The position numbers and the translations under genes were made by a program. A stretch of DNA of 64,000 bases from Vulcanimicrobiota bacterium (GTDB lineage Bacteria > Vulcanimicrobiota > Vulcanimicrobiia > Vulcanimicrobiales > Vulcanimicrobiaceae), in the NCBI GenBank assembly GCA_963777315.1, contig CAVZQC010000002.1, positions 768,001 through 832,000 on the forward strand, written 5' to 3'. The notes beneath the pieces were generated by a model that worked only from the letters and a program-made list of their open reading frames with translations, had not been told where the DNA came from and searched no databases. Of this stretch, positions 18,906 through 27,570 are shown piece by piece. The stretch's first letter is position 1. Every line of letters begins with the position of its first letter.

Positions 18906-19840
18906 GCGCGCAATATCCGTCGCACGTCTTCGAACGTCACGGTCCCCACGCGCTCTTCGCCGCGGCGCACGTCAAGGCGCTGCGCGCCGGTCAAAAAGCG
19001 GTTGAGCACTTCACGCAGGGAGACGGCAGCGTCGATAGCGCCGTCGGTGGCGCCGTCCTGCGAGACGGCAGCGTCGCAGGCTTGCAGCAGCGACAGCCTC
19101 CGCACGACGTCGTGTGTGTCGAGCAGTTGCTCTACGTAGGGCGTGGCCGGTTCGGTTAGAATCGCCAGCGGCGTGTCGTGCTGCTCCACGCGGCCTTCGC
19201 GCATGACGACGATTCGATCGGCCAAGCGCAGCGCTTCATCCACGTCGTGCGTTACGAACAGAACCGTGGTGCGCAGACGGCGCGCTATGCGGACGATTTC
19301 GTCCTGCAGCGACGCGCGCACGATTGCGTCGACCGCGCCGAACGGCTCGTCCATCAGCAGCACCGGAGGCTCTGCCGCGATGGCGCGAGCGACGCCCACG
19401 CGCTGCTGTTCGCCGCCGGAGAGTTCGCGCGGATACCGGTCGCGATAGCGGGCGGGGTCCAAGCCGACGAGCTCGAGCAGTTCGTCCACGCGCTGCTCTA
19501 TGCGAGGCCGGTGCCAGCCCACGAGCGACGGAACGACGCTGATATTGCGCGCAACCGTCATGTGCGAAAACAATCCGACCGCTTGAATGACGTATCCGAT
19601 CCGCCGGCGCAGCGCGACGGCATCCGCCGCGCCGACGTTCTCGTCGCCCAGGTAGACTGCGCCGGATTGCGGCGTAACGAGCCGGTTGACGGTGCGAAGC
19701 AGCGTGCTTTTTCCGCAGCCCGACGGCCCGAGCAGCACGGTGAAACTGCCGTCTTCGATGCGCAGCGAAATGCCGTCGACGGCGTTGCGGTCGCTGCCGG
19801 GATAGCGTACCGTTACCGCTTCGAAGCGGACGCCTTTCAG
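18902..19840 (-). CDS. Osmoprotectant-type ABC transporter ATP-binding protein (OpuCA/ProV-like)
   Basis: GPSGCGKS, LSGGEQQR, LLMDEPF, VTHD. Probable CTG start at 19840 (see findings). Confidence 0.9.
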   Translation of the reverse strand: MKGVRFEAVTVRYPGSDRNAVDGISLRIEDGSFTVLLGPSGCGKSTLLRTVNRLVTPQSGAVYLGDENVGAADAVALRRRIGYVIQAVGLFSHMTVARNISVVPSLVGWHRPRIEQRVDELLELVGLDPARYRDRYPRELSGGEQQRVGVARAIAAEPPVLLMDEPFGAVDAIVRASLQDEIVRIARRLRTTVLFVTHDVDEALRLADRIVVMREGRVEQHDTPLAILTEPATPYVEQLLDTHDVVRRLSLLQACDAAVSQDGATDGAIDAAVSLREVLNRFLTGAQRLDVRRGEERVGTVTFEDVRRILRA

Positions 19841-20721
19841 CGCAGATGCTCCTTGACGAACGCTTGCGCGATGTCGGCCGGATCGGCTTTCTGCACGTTG
19901 AACGCATAGTTGAAGCGGCGCACGACCGAATCGGTGAGCAGCGGCGAAACTGCCGCCAGAGCCGGACGGATCGATGGATGCGCACTGAGCGTGCGTTCGC
20001 GAACGACCGGAGCGATGTTGTACGGTGGCCAAAAGTGCTTGTCGTCGGTCAGCAGCAGCAGATGCTGCGTGTCGATTTGCGAATCGGTGGTGAAAGCGGT
20101 AGCAACGTCGGCGTCGCCGTGCGCGAGCGCATCGTATTGCAGCCCGATCTCGTACGTGCGAACGTCTTTGAAGGCAAAGCCGCCGTAGAATTTCTGCAGC
20201 CCGGGCAGCGCGTCGGCGCGGGTGACGAACTCAGGCACTGCGGCCAAGCGCAGCTGCGGCGCGACTCGCGCGCATTGAGAAAGTGTTCGCACGGCGTAGC
20301 GCTGCGCGGTCGCCGGCGTTACGGCCAAACCTTGCGAGTCGTTCGCCGGTGAAGGCTCGAGCCACGTCAGCCCGTACCGGCGTTCGTAGGCAGCTTTGAC
20401 GACGGCAAAGAGTTTGGCTGCATCGCGCATCGGCGCCAGATGCAGAACGTCGATTAGGCCCGTGCCGGTGTATTCGGGATACAAATCGATGTCGCCGCGG
20501 GTAAGCGCTTCGGTCGCGATTTGGGTGCTGCCCAAGTTCATGTGGCGCTCCACCTGCAGTCCCGCACGCTCGAGCGCGGCGGCATAGACTTCGGCGACGA
20601 TGATGTCCTCGCCGAAGTTTTTCGATCCCACTCGAACGGCGTTTGCGCCGCCGCCGCTGCACTGCGGCAGTGCGATTGCGGCGCCGATCAGAGCGAGCGA
20701 TCTTCTGCGGGTCAACGGCAT
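19837..20721 (-). CDS. Glycine betaine/osmoprotectant ABC substrate-binding lipoprotein (OpuAC family), Tat-like signal
   Basis: LTRRRSL signal plus LPQC; VGSKNFGE, YPEYTGT, FTTD and FWPPY motifs. Confidence 0.9.
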   Translation of the reverse strand: MPLTRRRSLALIGAAIALPQCSGGGANAVRVGSKNFGEDIIVAEVYAAALERAGLQVERHMNLGSTQIATEALTRGDIDLYPEYTGTGLIDVLHLAPMRDAAKLFAVVKAAYERRYGLTWLEPSPANDSQGLAVTPATAQRYAVRTLSQCARVAPQLRLAAVPEFVTRADALPGLQKFYGGFAFKDVRTYEIGLQYDALAHGDADVATAFTTDSQIDTQHLLLLTDDKHFWPPYNIAPVVRERTLSAHPSIRPALAAVSPLLTDSVVRRFNYAFNVQKADPADIAQAFVKEHLR

Positions 20722-21323
20722 CAGACGGGTTCTCCTACGCGCGCTTGAATCGAGCCTAAACCGAATTCGGCAAACAGCGCGATGATGCCGATGGCAATCA
20801 CGCCGGTCCACAACCGATCCGGCTGATTGGCTTGCAGCCCGGTGGTGATGTATTCTCCCAAGCCGCCCGCGCCGATGAACGAAGCGAGTACGGCGCTGGC
20901 GACGACTTCGGTTGCCGCCGTCCGGACGCCGGCGAAGAGCACGGGAAACGCGAGCGGCCATTCAACGCGCGCGAGTTGCTGCGCGGCAGTCATTCCCATT
21001 CCGCGAGCGGCGTCGCGCACCGCCGGCGCAACGCTGCGAAATGCCAAATCCGTATTGATGAGCACCGGCGCGGTGGCCAGCAACGTGAGCGCCACGAACG
21101 CCGGCAGAAAGCCCACGCCCAAGAGCGGAAGCATGAACGTAAGGACCGCCAAACTGGGAACCACGCGTCCGATATTTCCCAACGCGAGTACCGGAGTGCG
21201 AATTGCGCCCACGTGCGAGCTCGCGATTCCCAGCGGAATGCCGATACCCGCCCCCGCGGCCAACGCCGCCAGGGCAAGCGCAAGATACGCCCAGGTGTGC
21301 GCCGCCAAGTCCGGCCAGTTCAC
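20721..21323 (-). CDS. Osmoprotectant-type ABC transporter permease
   Basis: VPSLAVL, DAARGMGMT, GAGGLG. GTG start approximate. Confidence 0.88.
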   Translation of the reverse strand: MNWPDLAAHTWAYLALALAALAAGAGIGIPLGIASSHVGAIRTPVLALGNIGRVVPSLAVLTFMLPLLGVGFLPAFVALTLLATAPVLINTDLAFRSVAPAVRDAARGMGMTAAQQLARVEWPLAFPVLFAGVRTAATEVVASAVLASFIGAGGLGEYITTGLQANQPDRLWTGVIAIGIIALFAEFGLGSIQARVGEPV

Positions 21324-21365
21324 AACCTGGAGTTTCAGCAAAAGTCGGCGAATCCCACGCTGTCT

Positions 21366-23477
21366 ATGATCTCGCGCGCGCAGCCGCGGATTGCCACCCC
21401 CGCCGGGGTGCCGCATTCGCTGGACGATCCCTCGCTCTACATCAGCCGCGAGCTTTCATGGCTGGAATTCAACGACCGGGTGCTGCAGGAAGCGATCGAC
21501 GAGCGCACGCCGCTGCTCGAGCGCGTGAAATTCTTGGCGATCTACGGCACCAATCTCGACGAGTATTTCATGATCCGGGTGGCCGCGCTCAAGCAGCAGG
21601 TGGAGGCGCAGATTTTCCGGCGCTCGGAGGACGGCCGCACCCCTTCCGAGCACCTGCTTGCGATTTCGGAGCACTTGCGGATTTCGCTGGGCAGACAGAT
21701 GCATTTGCTCAACGAGACATTGCTGCCGGCGCTGGCCGAAAACGGCATAAAAATACTGCGCGTGTCCGAATTGGGCGAGGAACAGCGCCTGGGACTCGAG
21801 CGCTCGTTCGACGACCGCGTGTTTCCGGTTCTCACGCCGCTGGCGGTCGACCAGGGCCATCCGTTTCCGTACATCTCCAATCTCTCGTTATCGCTGGCTG
21901 TCGAACTCGAAGAGGTTACGGCCGACGGCGTGGAGCTGCATTTCGCACGTCTGAAAATTCCGCAGACGCTGCCGCGCTTCGTTCAAGTCGAGCCTGCGCC
22001 CGAAGGCGAGCGATGGTTCGTCATGCTCGAAGACCTGATAGCGCATCACTTGAACGCGCTGTTTCCCGGCATGGAAGTGCGCGAGTCGTACCTTTTCCGG
22101 GTGACGCGCGACGCCGATTTGGACCTGCAGGAGGACGAGGCCGACGATCTGCTGGCAGCGATCGAATCGGAGCTGCAGCGGCGCAGATTCGGCGAGCCGG
22201 TTCGCTTGGAGATCGAGCGTGGCATGCCCGAATACATGCGTGAGCTGCTGCTCGACGCTCTGCAGCTGGGTCCACCGGACTGCTACGAAATAGACGGCCT
22301 CATGGGAACGGGCGATCTGCTCGCCATCGCGAACCTGCCGGACCGTCCGCAGCTGCACGATCCCCCGTTCACGCCCGCGATTCCCAAACGCCTCATCGGC
22401 GTGACGGACATCTTCGCGGCGATACGCGAGGCCGACATCGTTCTGCACCATCCCTACGAGTCGTTCGACCCCGTGGTGCAGCTGGTGCGGCAAGCCGCCG
22501 ACGACGAACGGGTGCTGGCGATCAAAGCCACGCTGTATCGCACGTCCGGCAAGAACTCGCCGATCGTGCGCGCGCTGCTGGATGCGGCCGAGAACGAAAA
22601 ACAGGTCGCCGTCCTCATCGAGCTCAAGGCACGCTTCGACGAAGAGAACAACATCGAATGGGCGCGGCGGCTGGAACGCGCGGGCGTGCACGTCGTGTAC
22701 GGGTTCGCCGGGCTGAAGACGCATGCCAAAGCGATGCTGATCGTGCGCGAAGAGGACGACGGCATCCGGCGCTACATGCATTTCGGAACCGGCAACTACA
22801 ACGAAAAGACCGCGCGGCTTTACACCGACCTCAGCGTGTTCACGTGCCGTCCGGAACTGGGTGCGGACGTCTCGCAGATGTTCAACGCGCTCACCGGTTT
22901 TGCCAAGATCACCGATTACGAAGATCTTCTCGTCGCGCCGGTCAACATGCGGCGCGAGCTGACCGAACTGATCGAGCGCGAAACCGAGCACGCGCGGGCG
23001 GGGCGACCGTGCGGCATTCGCGCCAAGCTCAACGCGATCACCGACGGCGACATCGCTCGCGCTTTGTACCGCGCGTCGTCCGCCGGAGTACCGATCGATT
23101 TGTTCGTGCGGGGCATGTGCGTCGTGCGGCCCGGCGTGCCGCGCGTTAGCGAAACGATACGCGTGCGCAGCATCGTGGGCCGCTTTCTGGAACATTCGCG
23201 CATGGTCGCTTTCGAAAACGGCGGCAGCCGCCAAATCTTCGTGGGTTCGGCCGACTGGATGGGACGCAACCTGGACCGGCGCGTGGAGATCATGGTTCCC
23301 ATTCTCGACCCGCTCGTCGCAGAAACGATCTACGGCGAGTATTTAGCGATTATCGCCGCCGACAACGTCAAGGCGCGCGAATTGCGCACGGACGGGACGT
23401 ACCATCGGCTCGCGCCCGAGGGCAAGATGCCGGTTAACGCGCAGCAGGTATTTCTTACGCAGGCCCAGCCGCTTTGA
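21366..23477 (+). CDS. ppk1: Polyphosphate kinase 1
   Basis: SRELSWLEFNDRVL, HPFPYISN, HHPYESF, ELKARFDEENN, KTHAK, GTGNYN, GRFLEH, SADWMGRNLDRRVE. Confidence 0.97.
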   Translation: MISRAQPRIATPAGVPHSLDDPSLYISRELSWLEFNDRVLQEAIDERTPLLERVKFLAIYGTNLDEYFMIRVAALKQQVEAQIFRRSEDGRTPSEHLLAISEHLRISLGRQMHLLNETLLPALAENGIKILRVSELGEEQRLGLERSFDDRVFPVLTPLAVDQGHPFPYISNLSLSLAVELEEVTADGVELHFARLKIPQTLPRFVQVEPAPEGERWFVMLEDLIAHHLNALFPGMEVRESYLFRVTRDADLDLQEDEADDLLAAIESELQRRRFGEPVRLEIERGMPEYMRELLLDALQLGPPDCYEIDGLMGTGDLLAIANLPDRPQLHDPPFTPAIPKRLIGVTDIFAAIREADIVLHHPYESFDPVVQLVRQAADDERVLAIKATLYRTSGKNSPIVRALLDAAENEKQVAVLIELKARFDEENNIEWARRLERAGVHVVYGFAGLKTHAKAMLIVREEDDGIRRYMHFGTGNYNEKTARLYTDLSVFTCRPELGADVSQMFNALTGFAKITDYEDLLVAPVNMRRELTELIERETEHARAGRPCGIRAKLNAITDGDIARALYRASSAGVPIDLFVRGMCVVRPGVPRVSETIRVRSIVGRFLEHSRMVAFENGGSRQIFVGSADWMGRNLDRRVEIMVPILDPLVAETIYGEYLAIIAADNVKARELRTDGTYHRLAPEGKMPVNAQQVFLTQAQPL

Positions 23478-23949
23478 GGCTATCGGCCGGATCGACGCTC
23501 TCGCTCAGTTCGAGAACGATCTTCCATTCGTGCGGCATCACGGGCTGAACGGAAAGCCTGGAGCCTTTTCGCAGCAGCTCCATCCCCACCAGCCGCGGTT
23601 CGCGTCGCATTCTCGCGAGCGTGACGGGATGCGCGAGGGGCCGCAAGTATTCGACGTCGACCATCTGCCAAGTCGGTTTGCGCTGCGTGCTGCGCGGATC
23701 GTAGTACTCGCCGCCCTTTTCCCATGCCGTAAAGTCCGCATAGGCTTCTTTGACCACGCGCACCACGCCCACGGCCGCCGGCTGGGCGATACTCGAATGA
23801 TAGAACAGCCCTAAATCCCCCGCCCGCATCTCGATCATGGCGTTGCGCGCTTGAAAATTGCGCACGCCGCTCCAGGGCGTGACGCGGTCGCGCTGCAATT
23901 GCTCAAAGCCGTAGGCGTGCGGTTCACTTTTGAACAACCAGTACCGCAT
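23455..23949 (-). CDS. EVE domain-containing protein
   Basis: MRYWLFKSEP, WSGVRNFQARN, FYHS, YYDP and RLSVQPV motifs. Confidence 0.93.
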   Translation of the reverse strand: MRYWLFKSEPHAYGFEQLQRDRVTPWSGVRNFQARNAMIEMRAGDLGLFYHSSIAQPAAVGVVRVVKEAYADFTAWEKGGEYYDPRSTQRKPTWQMVDVEYLRPLAHPVTLARMRREPRLVGMELLRKGSRLSVQPVMPHEWKIVLELSESVDPADSLKAAGPA

Positions 23950-25255
23950 GCACCTCATCTTCGCCGCGCTCTTGGCCGTAACCCAGCAGTGGCTCGTCGT
24001 GAGCGACCTGCACGTCGATCCGTTCGACCGCCGCAGCGCGCCCGCGTGGTACACGAACGATTCCAACTGGGCGCTGTTCGATTCGACCGTGGCGCAAATG
24101 CGCAAGGCCGCCCCGCACGCGAAGGTCGTTGTGATCGCCGGCGATTTTCTGGTGCATCATTTCGCGTCCAGAGTGCATCAAGCCCAAAGCAAGGTGAGCG
24201 TGTCCGGCGTCGCGGTGCAGACGATGGCGCGCGTCGCGCGCTCGCTGGGCCGAGCGTTTCCGCAAGCGCAATTTCTCATCACGCTGGGCAATAACGACGA
24301 CCCGTGCGGCGATTATCGCACGGCGCCCGACACGCCGTATTTGGCCGCCGTCGCGCGGATCTGGGCTCCGCTCGTGAACCGCAACGGGGCCGCGCCGCAG
24401 TTCGAACGCGACTTCGCGCATTGGGGTTCGTACACGGCGCGCCTGCCCGAACCTTCACTGCGAGCGATCGTGCTGGACGACGTGTATTGGTCGATCGTGT
24501 ACCGCCCGTGTTCGCGCGCGGGCATCGCGGCGCCCGGCGCGCAAATGGACTGGTTCGCTCGCGAGCTCCAGACGACGCCGCAGCGCACCAAAAGCGTCGT
24601 GCTGTTTCATATTCCGCCCGGAATCGACCCGAGCAGCACGCTGTCCGCTCACCGGCTCTTGATCGTGCCGTACTGGCGCGACGACATGCGCACGCGCTTT
24701 TTGACCGCGACCTCGCGGAACGCGGGACGCATGGCCTTCGTGATTGCGGGGCATACTCACCGCGCGGGTTTCCGGCTTGCCGGCGGCGTGCCGTTTCTCA
24801 TCGCGCCGGCGGTCTCTCCGGTGTATTCCAACAATCCGTCCTTTGCCGCGCTCTCCGTCGGCTCGGACGGGACCCTGCAGAATTATCGCCTGTACGCGTA
24901 CGACGAGCCCAGTCGCGCGTGGTCGCAGATTTTCGACTTCAATCACGCCTACGGCGTGCGCGGTTTCACCGTTGCTTCGCTGACGGCTGCCCACTCGCAA
25001 ATAGCGCGCGATCGCGCGGCCCGCAGGCAGTGGGAAAACGCGATGGTCGGAGATTCCCAAGCGTATGAAATCGACGATTCCTGGCGGGCCTTTTGGTGCG
25101 CGCAAACCGAGCTCGGCAGGCAGTACGCGGGATGTGCGGGCGACCGTAAGCGCGCGGTCATATTGCCGATAGCGGCCGCGTTGATCGGCGCGATCGTGGT
25201 GCTGGCCGTCGTGTGGCTGGTATTGCGCGTGGCCGGGCAGCGGCGGCGCGCGTAA
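23948..25255 (+). CDS. Calcineurin-like metallophosphoesterase (acid sphingomyelinase/SMPDL3-like) with C-terminal TM anchor
   Basis: SDLH, GDFLVH, GNND, HIPPG, GHTH and PAVSPVYSNNPSF motifs; terminal hydrophobic helix followed by RRR. Confidence 0.85.
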   Translation: MHLIFAALLAVTQQWLVVSDLHVDPFDRRSAPAWYTNDSNWALFDSTVAQMRKAAPHAKVVVIAGDFLVHHFASRVHQAQSKVSVSGVAVQTMARVARSLGRAFPQAQFLITLGNNDDPCGDYRTAPDTPYLAAVARIWAPLVNRNGAAPQFERDFAHWGSYTARLPEPSLRAIVLDDVYWSIVYRPCSRAGIAAPGAQMDWFARELQTTPQRTKSVVLFHIPPGIDPSSTLSAHRLLIVPYWRDDMRTRFLTATSRNAGRMAFVIAGHTHRAGFRLAGGVPFLIAPAVSPVYSNNPSFAALSVGSDGTLQNYRLYAYDEPSRAWSQIFDFNHAYGVRGFTVASLTAAHSQIARDRAARRQWENAMVGDSQAYEIDDSWRAFWCAQTELGRQYAGCAGDRKRAVILPIAAALIGAIVVLAVVWLVLRVAGQRRRA

Positions 25256-25274
25256 ATGTGCTATCCTCGAAACG

Positions 25275-25778
25275 ATGGACTCGAACGCAAAGAAGACGGC
25301 ACAGCGGCCGGTCATTCACGCCGCCGATGAGGGCTGGGAAGGCGTGCCCGTGCAGGGGTATCGTCCCGGCGCGGCCGTGGGAGTGGAACGGCATACGATC
25401 GTCGGCGCTCGCAAAACCGATGCCGCGCAGCCGGGCCCCTCAAAGGAGCTGCGCTACTTCGAGCTGCAGCCCGGCGCGGTTTCGCGCTTGGAAAAACACG
25501 AGCACGAACACGTCGTCATCGTCAAGCGCGGCGTAGGTTATGCCGTCGTCGATGAAACCGTCGCCGAAGTCGGGCCGCACGACGTGATTTACGTCGCTCC
25601 GCTGGAACTGCATCAGTTCGTCAACCGTGGAAACGAACCGTTCGGGTTCTATTGTTTGGTCGACGCCGTGCGCGACGGCGCCCAGGAACCTACCCCCGAA
25701 GAACTGGATCGCCTCATGGCTTCTGCGGCCGGCAACGTCGTCAAACCGTTCGCGGTGCCGCTGCCGCAAAAAGTCTAA
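25275..25778 (+). CDS. Cupin domain protein
   Basis: LRYFE..PG..SRLEKHEHEH and HQF.N.G.EPFGF.C motifs. Confidence 0.85.
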   Translation: MDSNAKKTAQRPVIHAADEGWEGVPVQGYRPGAAVGVERHTIVGARKTDAAQPGPSKELRYFELQPGAVSRLEKHEHEHVVIVKRGVGYAVVDETVAEVGPHDVIYVAPLELHQFVNRGNEPFGFYCLVDAVRDGAQEPTPEELDRLMASAAGNVVKPFAVPLPQKV

Positions 25779-26614
25779 GGCGTTACCATAGGGCGCGAAG
25801 GGTCCGAGCACCATTCGCTCCACGACCCGGGATAAATTCGCGTTCCCGGCAAGCCGGCAACCTCGGCCGCGAGCATGTTGACTGCAGCCGAAACGCCCGA
25901 ACCGCACTGATGGACCAGACGATCCGGCGCGACGGCGAGCGTTTCGAATTCGGCACGCAGGCGTTCGGGTGATTTGAATCTGCCGTTTTCGTCGAAATTT
26001 TCTCTGAACGGCCGATTGAGCGCGCCGGGGATATGCCCCGCCACGGGATCCGTCGTTTCGTTTTTCCCGGCGAACCGATCGGCTCCGCGCGCGTCGAGGA
26101 TCGTGAACGCACTGTTCTGCAGCGAGGCCAGCACGTCGTTTGCGTCGACGGTGAGATCGTCGCGAACCGCGACAGTTATCGTGCCGTACCTTCGCGGTCT
26201 GTGCAGCTGCGTTTCCACCGGTAGTCCGGCTTCGGTCCAAGCGGCGTAGCCGCCGTCGAGCACAGCTGCGGCTTGGTGCCCGGCATAATGCGCCAAGAAC
26301 CACAGGCGCGCAGCAAACATATCGCCACCGGCATCATACGTTACGATCTGCGAATCGTCGTCGGCGCCCAAGCCGCGCAAAAACTCGATGAAGCGCTGGA
26401 TCTGCGGCATCGGATGACGACCGTTGGTGCCGGTTTTTTCGCCGGAAAGATCCTCCTCGACGCGGGCAAAAAATGCACCCGGAATGTGCCCGGCGCGGTA
26501 TGCCGCCCAGCCGGCCGCGTGGTCTGCGAGCGAATGCCGGCAGTCGACGACGATCCACGCCGGATCGCCCACGTGCGCGCGCAGCTCGTCGACGCCGATC
26601 AGTGTGGAATGCAC
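25775..26614 (-). CDS. sseA: Tandem-rhodanese sulfurtransferase (3-mercaptopyruvate sulfurtransferase-like)
   Basis: GHIPGA twice, GRHPMP, LDGG, CGSGVSA active loop, YPGSWSEW. Confidence 0.9.
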   Translation of the reverse strand: MHSTLIGVDELRAHVGDPAWIVVDCRHSLADHAAGWAAYRAGHIPGAFFARVEEDLSGEKTGTNGRHPMPQIQRFIEFLRGLGADDDSQIVTYDAGGDMFAARLWFLAHYAGHQAAAVLDGGYAAWTEAGLPVETQLHRPRRYGTITVAVRDDLTVDANDVLASLQNSAFTILDARGADRFAGKNETTDPVAGHIPGALNRPFRENFDENGRFKSPERLRAEFETLAVAPDRLVHQCGSGVSAAVNMLAAEVAGLPGTRIYPGSWSEWCSDPSRPMVTP

Positions 26615-26616
26615 GC

Positions 26617-26973
26617 CTAGTGCAGATTGATCGTCGTTTTGGGCTGGCCCGCGTCGCCGAACGTTTCCTGTAGAATCGTCTGCAGTTCGCCGTTGTGCGC
26701 CATCGGGCCCAAAATGTCGGTGTCGCCGTAGAATTTGCCGTTGATGAAAACCTTCGGCAAGGTCGGCCAATCCGTCATTTCCGCGAGCGCTTCGCGTTTG
26801 GGCATGTTTTCGAGCACGTCGACCACCTCGAACGGGTAGCCGAAACGATTGAAGAACTCGATCGTTTCCAGGGTGAACCCGCAGCGCGGCATCGTTTTGG
26901 TGCCCTTGCCGTACACGAGTATTTTGTTGGCTGCGACCTCGCGGTCGATTTCTTGGCGAATGTCCTGCGTCAT
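26617..26973 (-). CDS. grxD: Monothiol glutaredoxin (Grx4 family), CGFT active site
   Basis: KGT..PRCGFT, WPTLP.VFING..GDTD. Confidence 0.88.
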   Translation of the reverse strand: MTQDIRQEIDREVAANKILVYGKGTKTMPRCGFTLETIEFFNRFGYPFEVVDVLENMPKREALAEMTDWPTLPKVFINGKFYGDTDILGPMAHNGELQTILQETFGDAGQPKTTINLH

Positions 26974-26983
26974 CACGGTTATC

Positions 26984-27244
26984 CTATGTCGTCGTTGTGC
27001 TGTTCGGGTTGCCGGCGCTTGTCACCGTGCGAAGTTCCACCGCATGCACCCGCCCGTCTTTGAGCGCGGGCTTGAGCGCGGCGTAGACCAATTGATGCTG
27101 CTCGATGAGGGTTTTGCCGGCGAATCGTTGGGACTGCACCGTAACGTTGAAATGATCCATCGTTCCCGTGCGGTCCACGATCGCGACCTGCGCGTCGGGA
27201 ATGCTGTCGCGAATGATTGCAGCGAGCGAGTCGTTGTCGATCAT
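26984..27244 (-). CDS. bolA: BolA family protein
   Basis: DHF.V.V.S..F.GK.LIEQHQLVY.AL ... VHAVEL.T. Confidence 0.9.
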   Translation of the reverse strand: MIDNDSLAAIIRDSIPDAQVAIVDRTGTMDHFNVTVQSQRFAGKTLIEQHQLVYAALKPALKDGRVHAVELRTVTSAGNPNSTTTT

Positions 27245-27246
27245 CG

Positions 27247-27486
27247 TTACGAACGCAACTGCGGCGGTTCGGGCCGCAGCGTTTGCGCCAGCGCGCGCGC
27301 CTCGCGCAGCGTTTCGGGCAGGCGTTCGGAGTGCTCGGCCAGCGTCTTTACCGTTCCGGCGGCCAGCACGATGCCGGTTACGCCCACCAAAATGGCGGGG
27401 ACTCCCGTTGCTCGCAGCGGACCAAACTCGATCGTGAATGTCTTGGTCACGCGCGCCAGCCCCTTGAAATATCCCTTGAAGTCCAC
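27247..27486 (-). CDS. Small hypothetical membrane protein, first gene of the bolA operon
   Basis: 79 aa with one hydrophobic helix; TACAAT lies 6 nt upstream of its GTG; 2-nt gap to bolA. Confidence 0.6.
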   Translation of the reverse strand: MDFKGYFKGLARVTKTFTIEFGPLRATGVPAILVGVTGIVLAAGTVKTLAEHSERLPETLREARALAQTLRPEPPQLRS

Positions 27487-27570
27487 CCGCGTATTGTACG
27501 CCGTTGCGCGCTACGCGCCCGCTCCATACATCGCAGGCGGGCCGTGCCGGCCCGCCGCATACGAGCGCAA

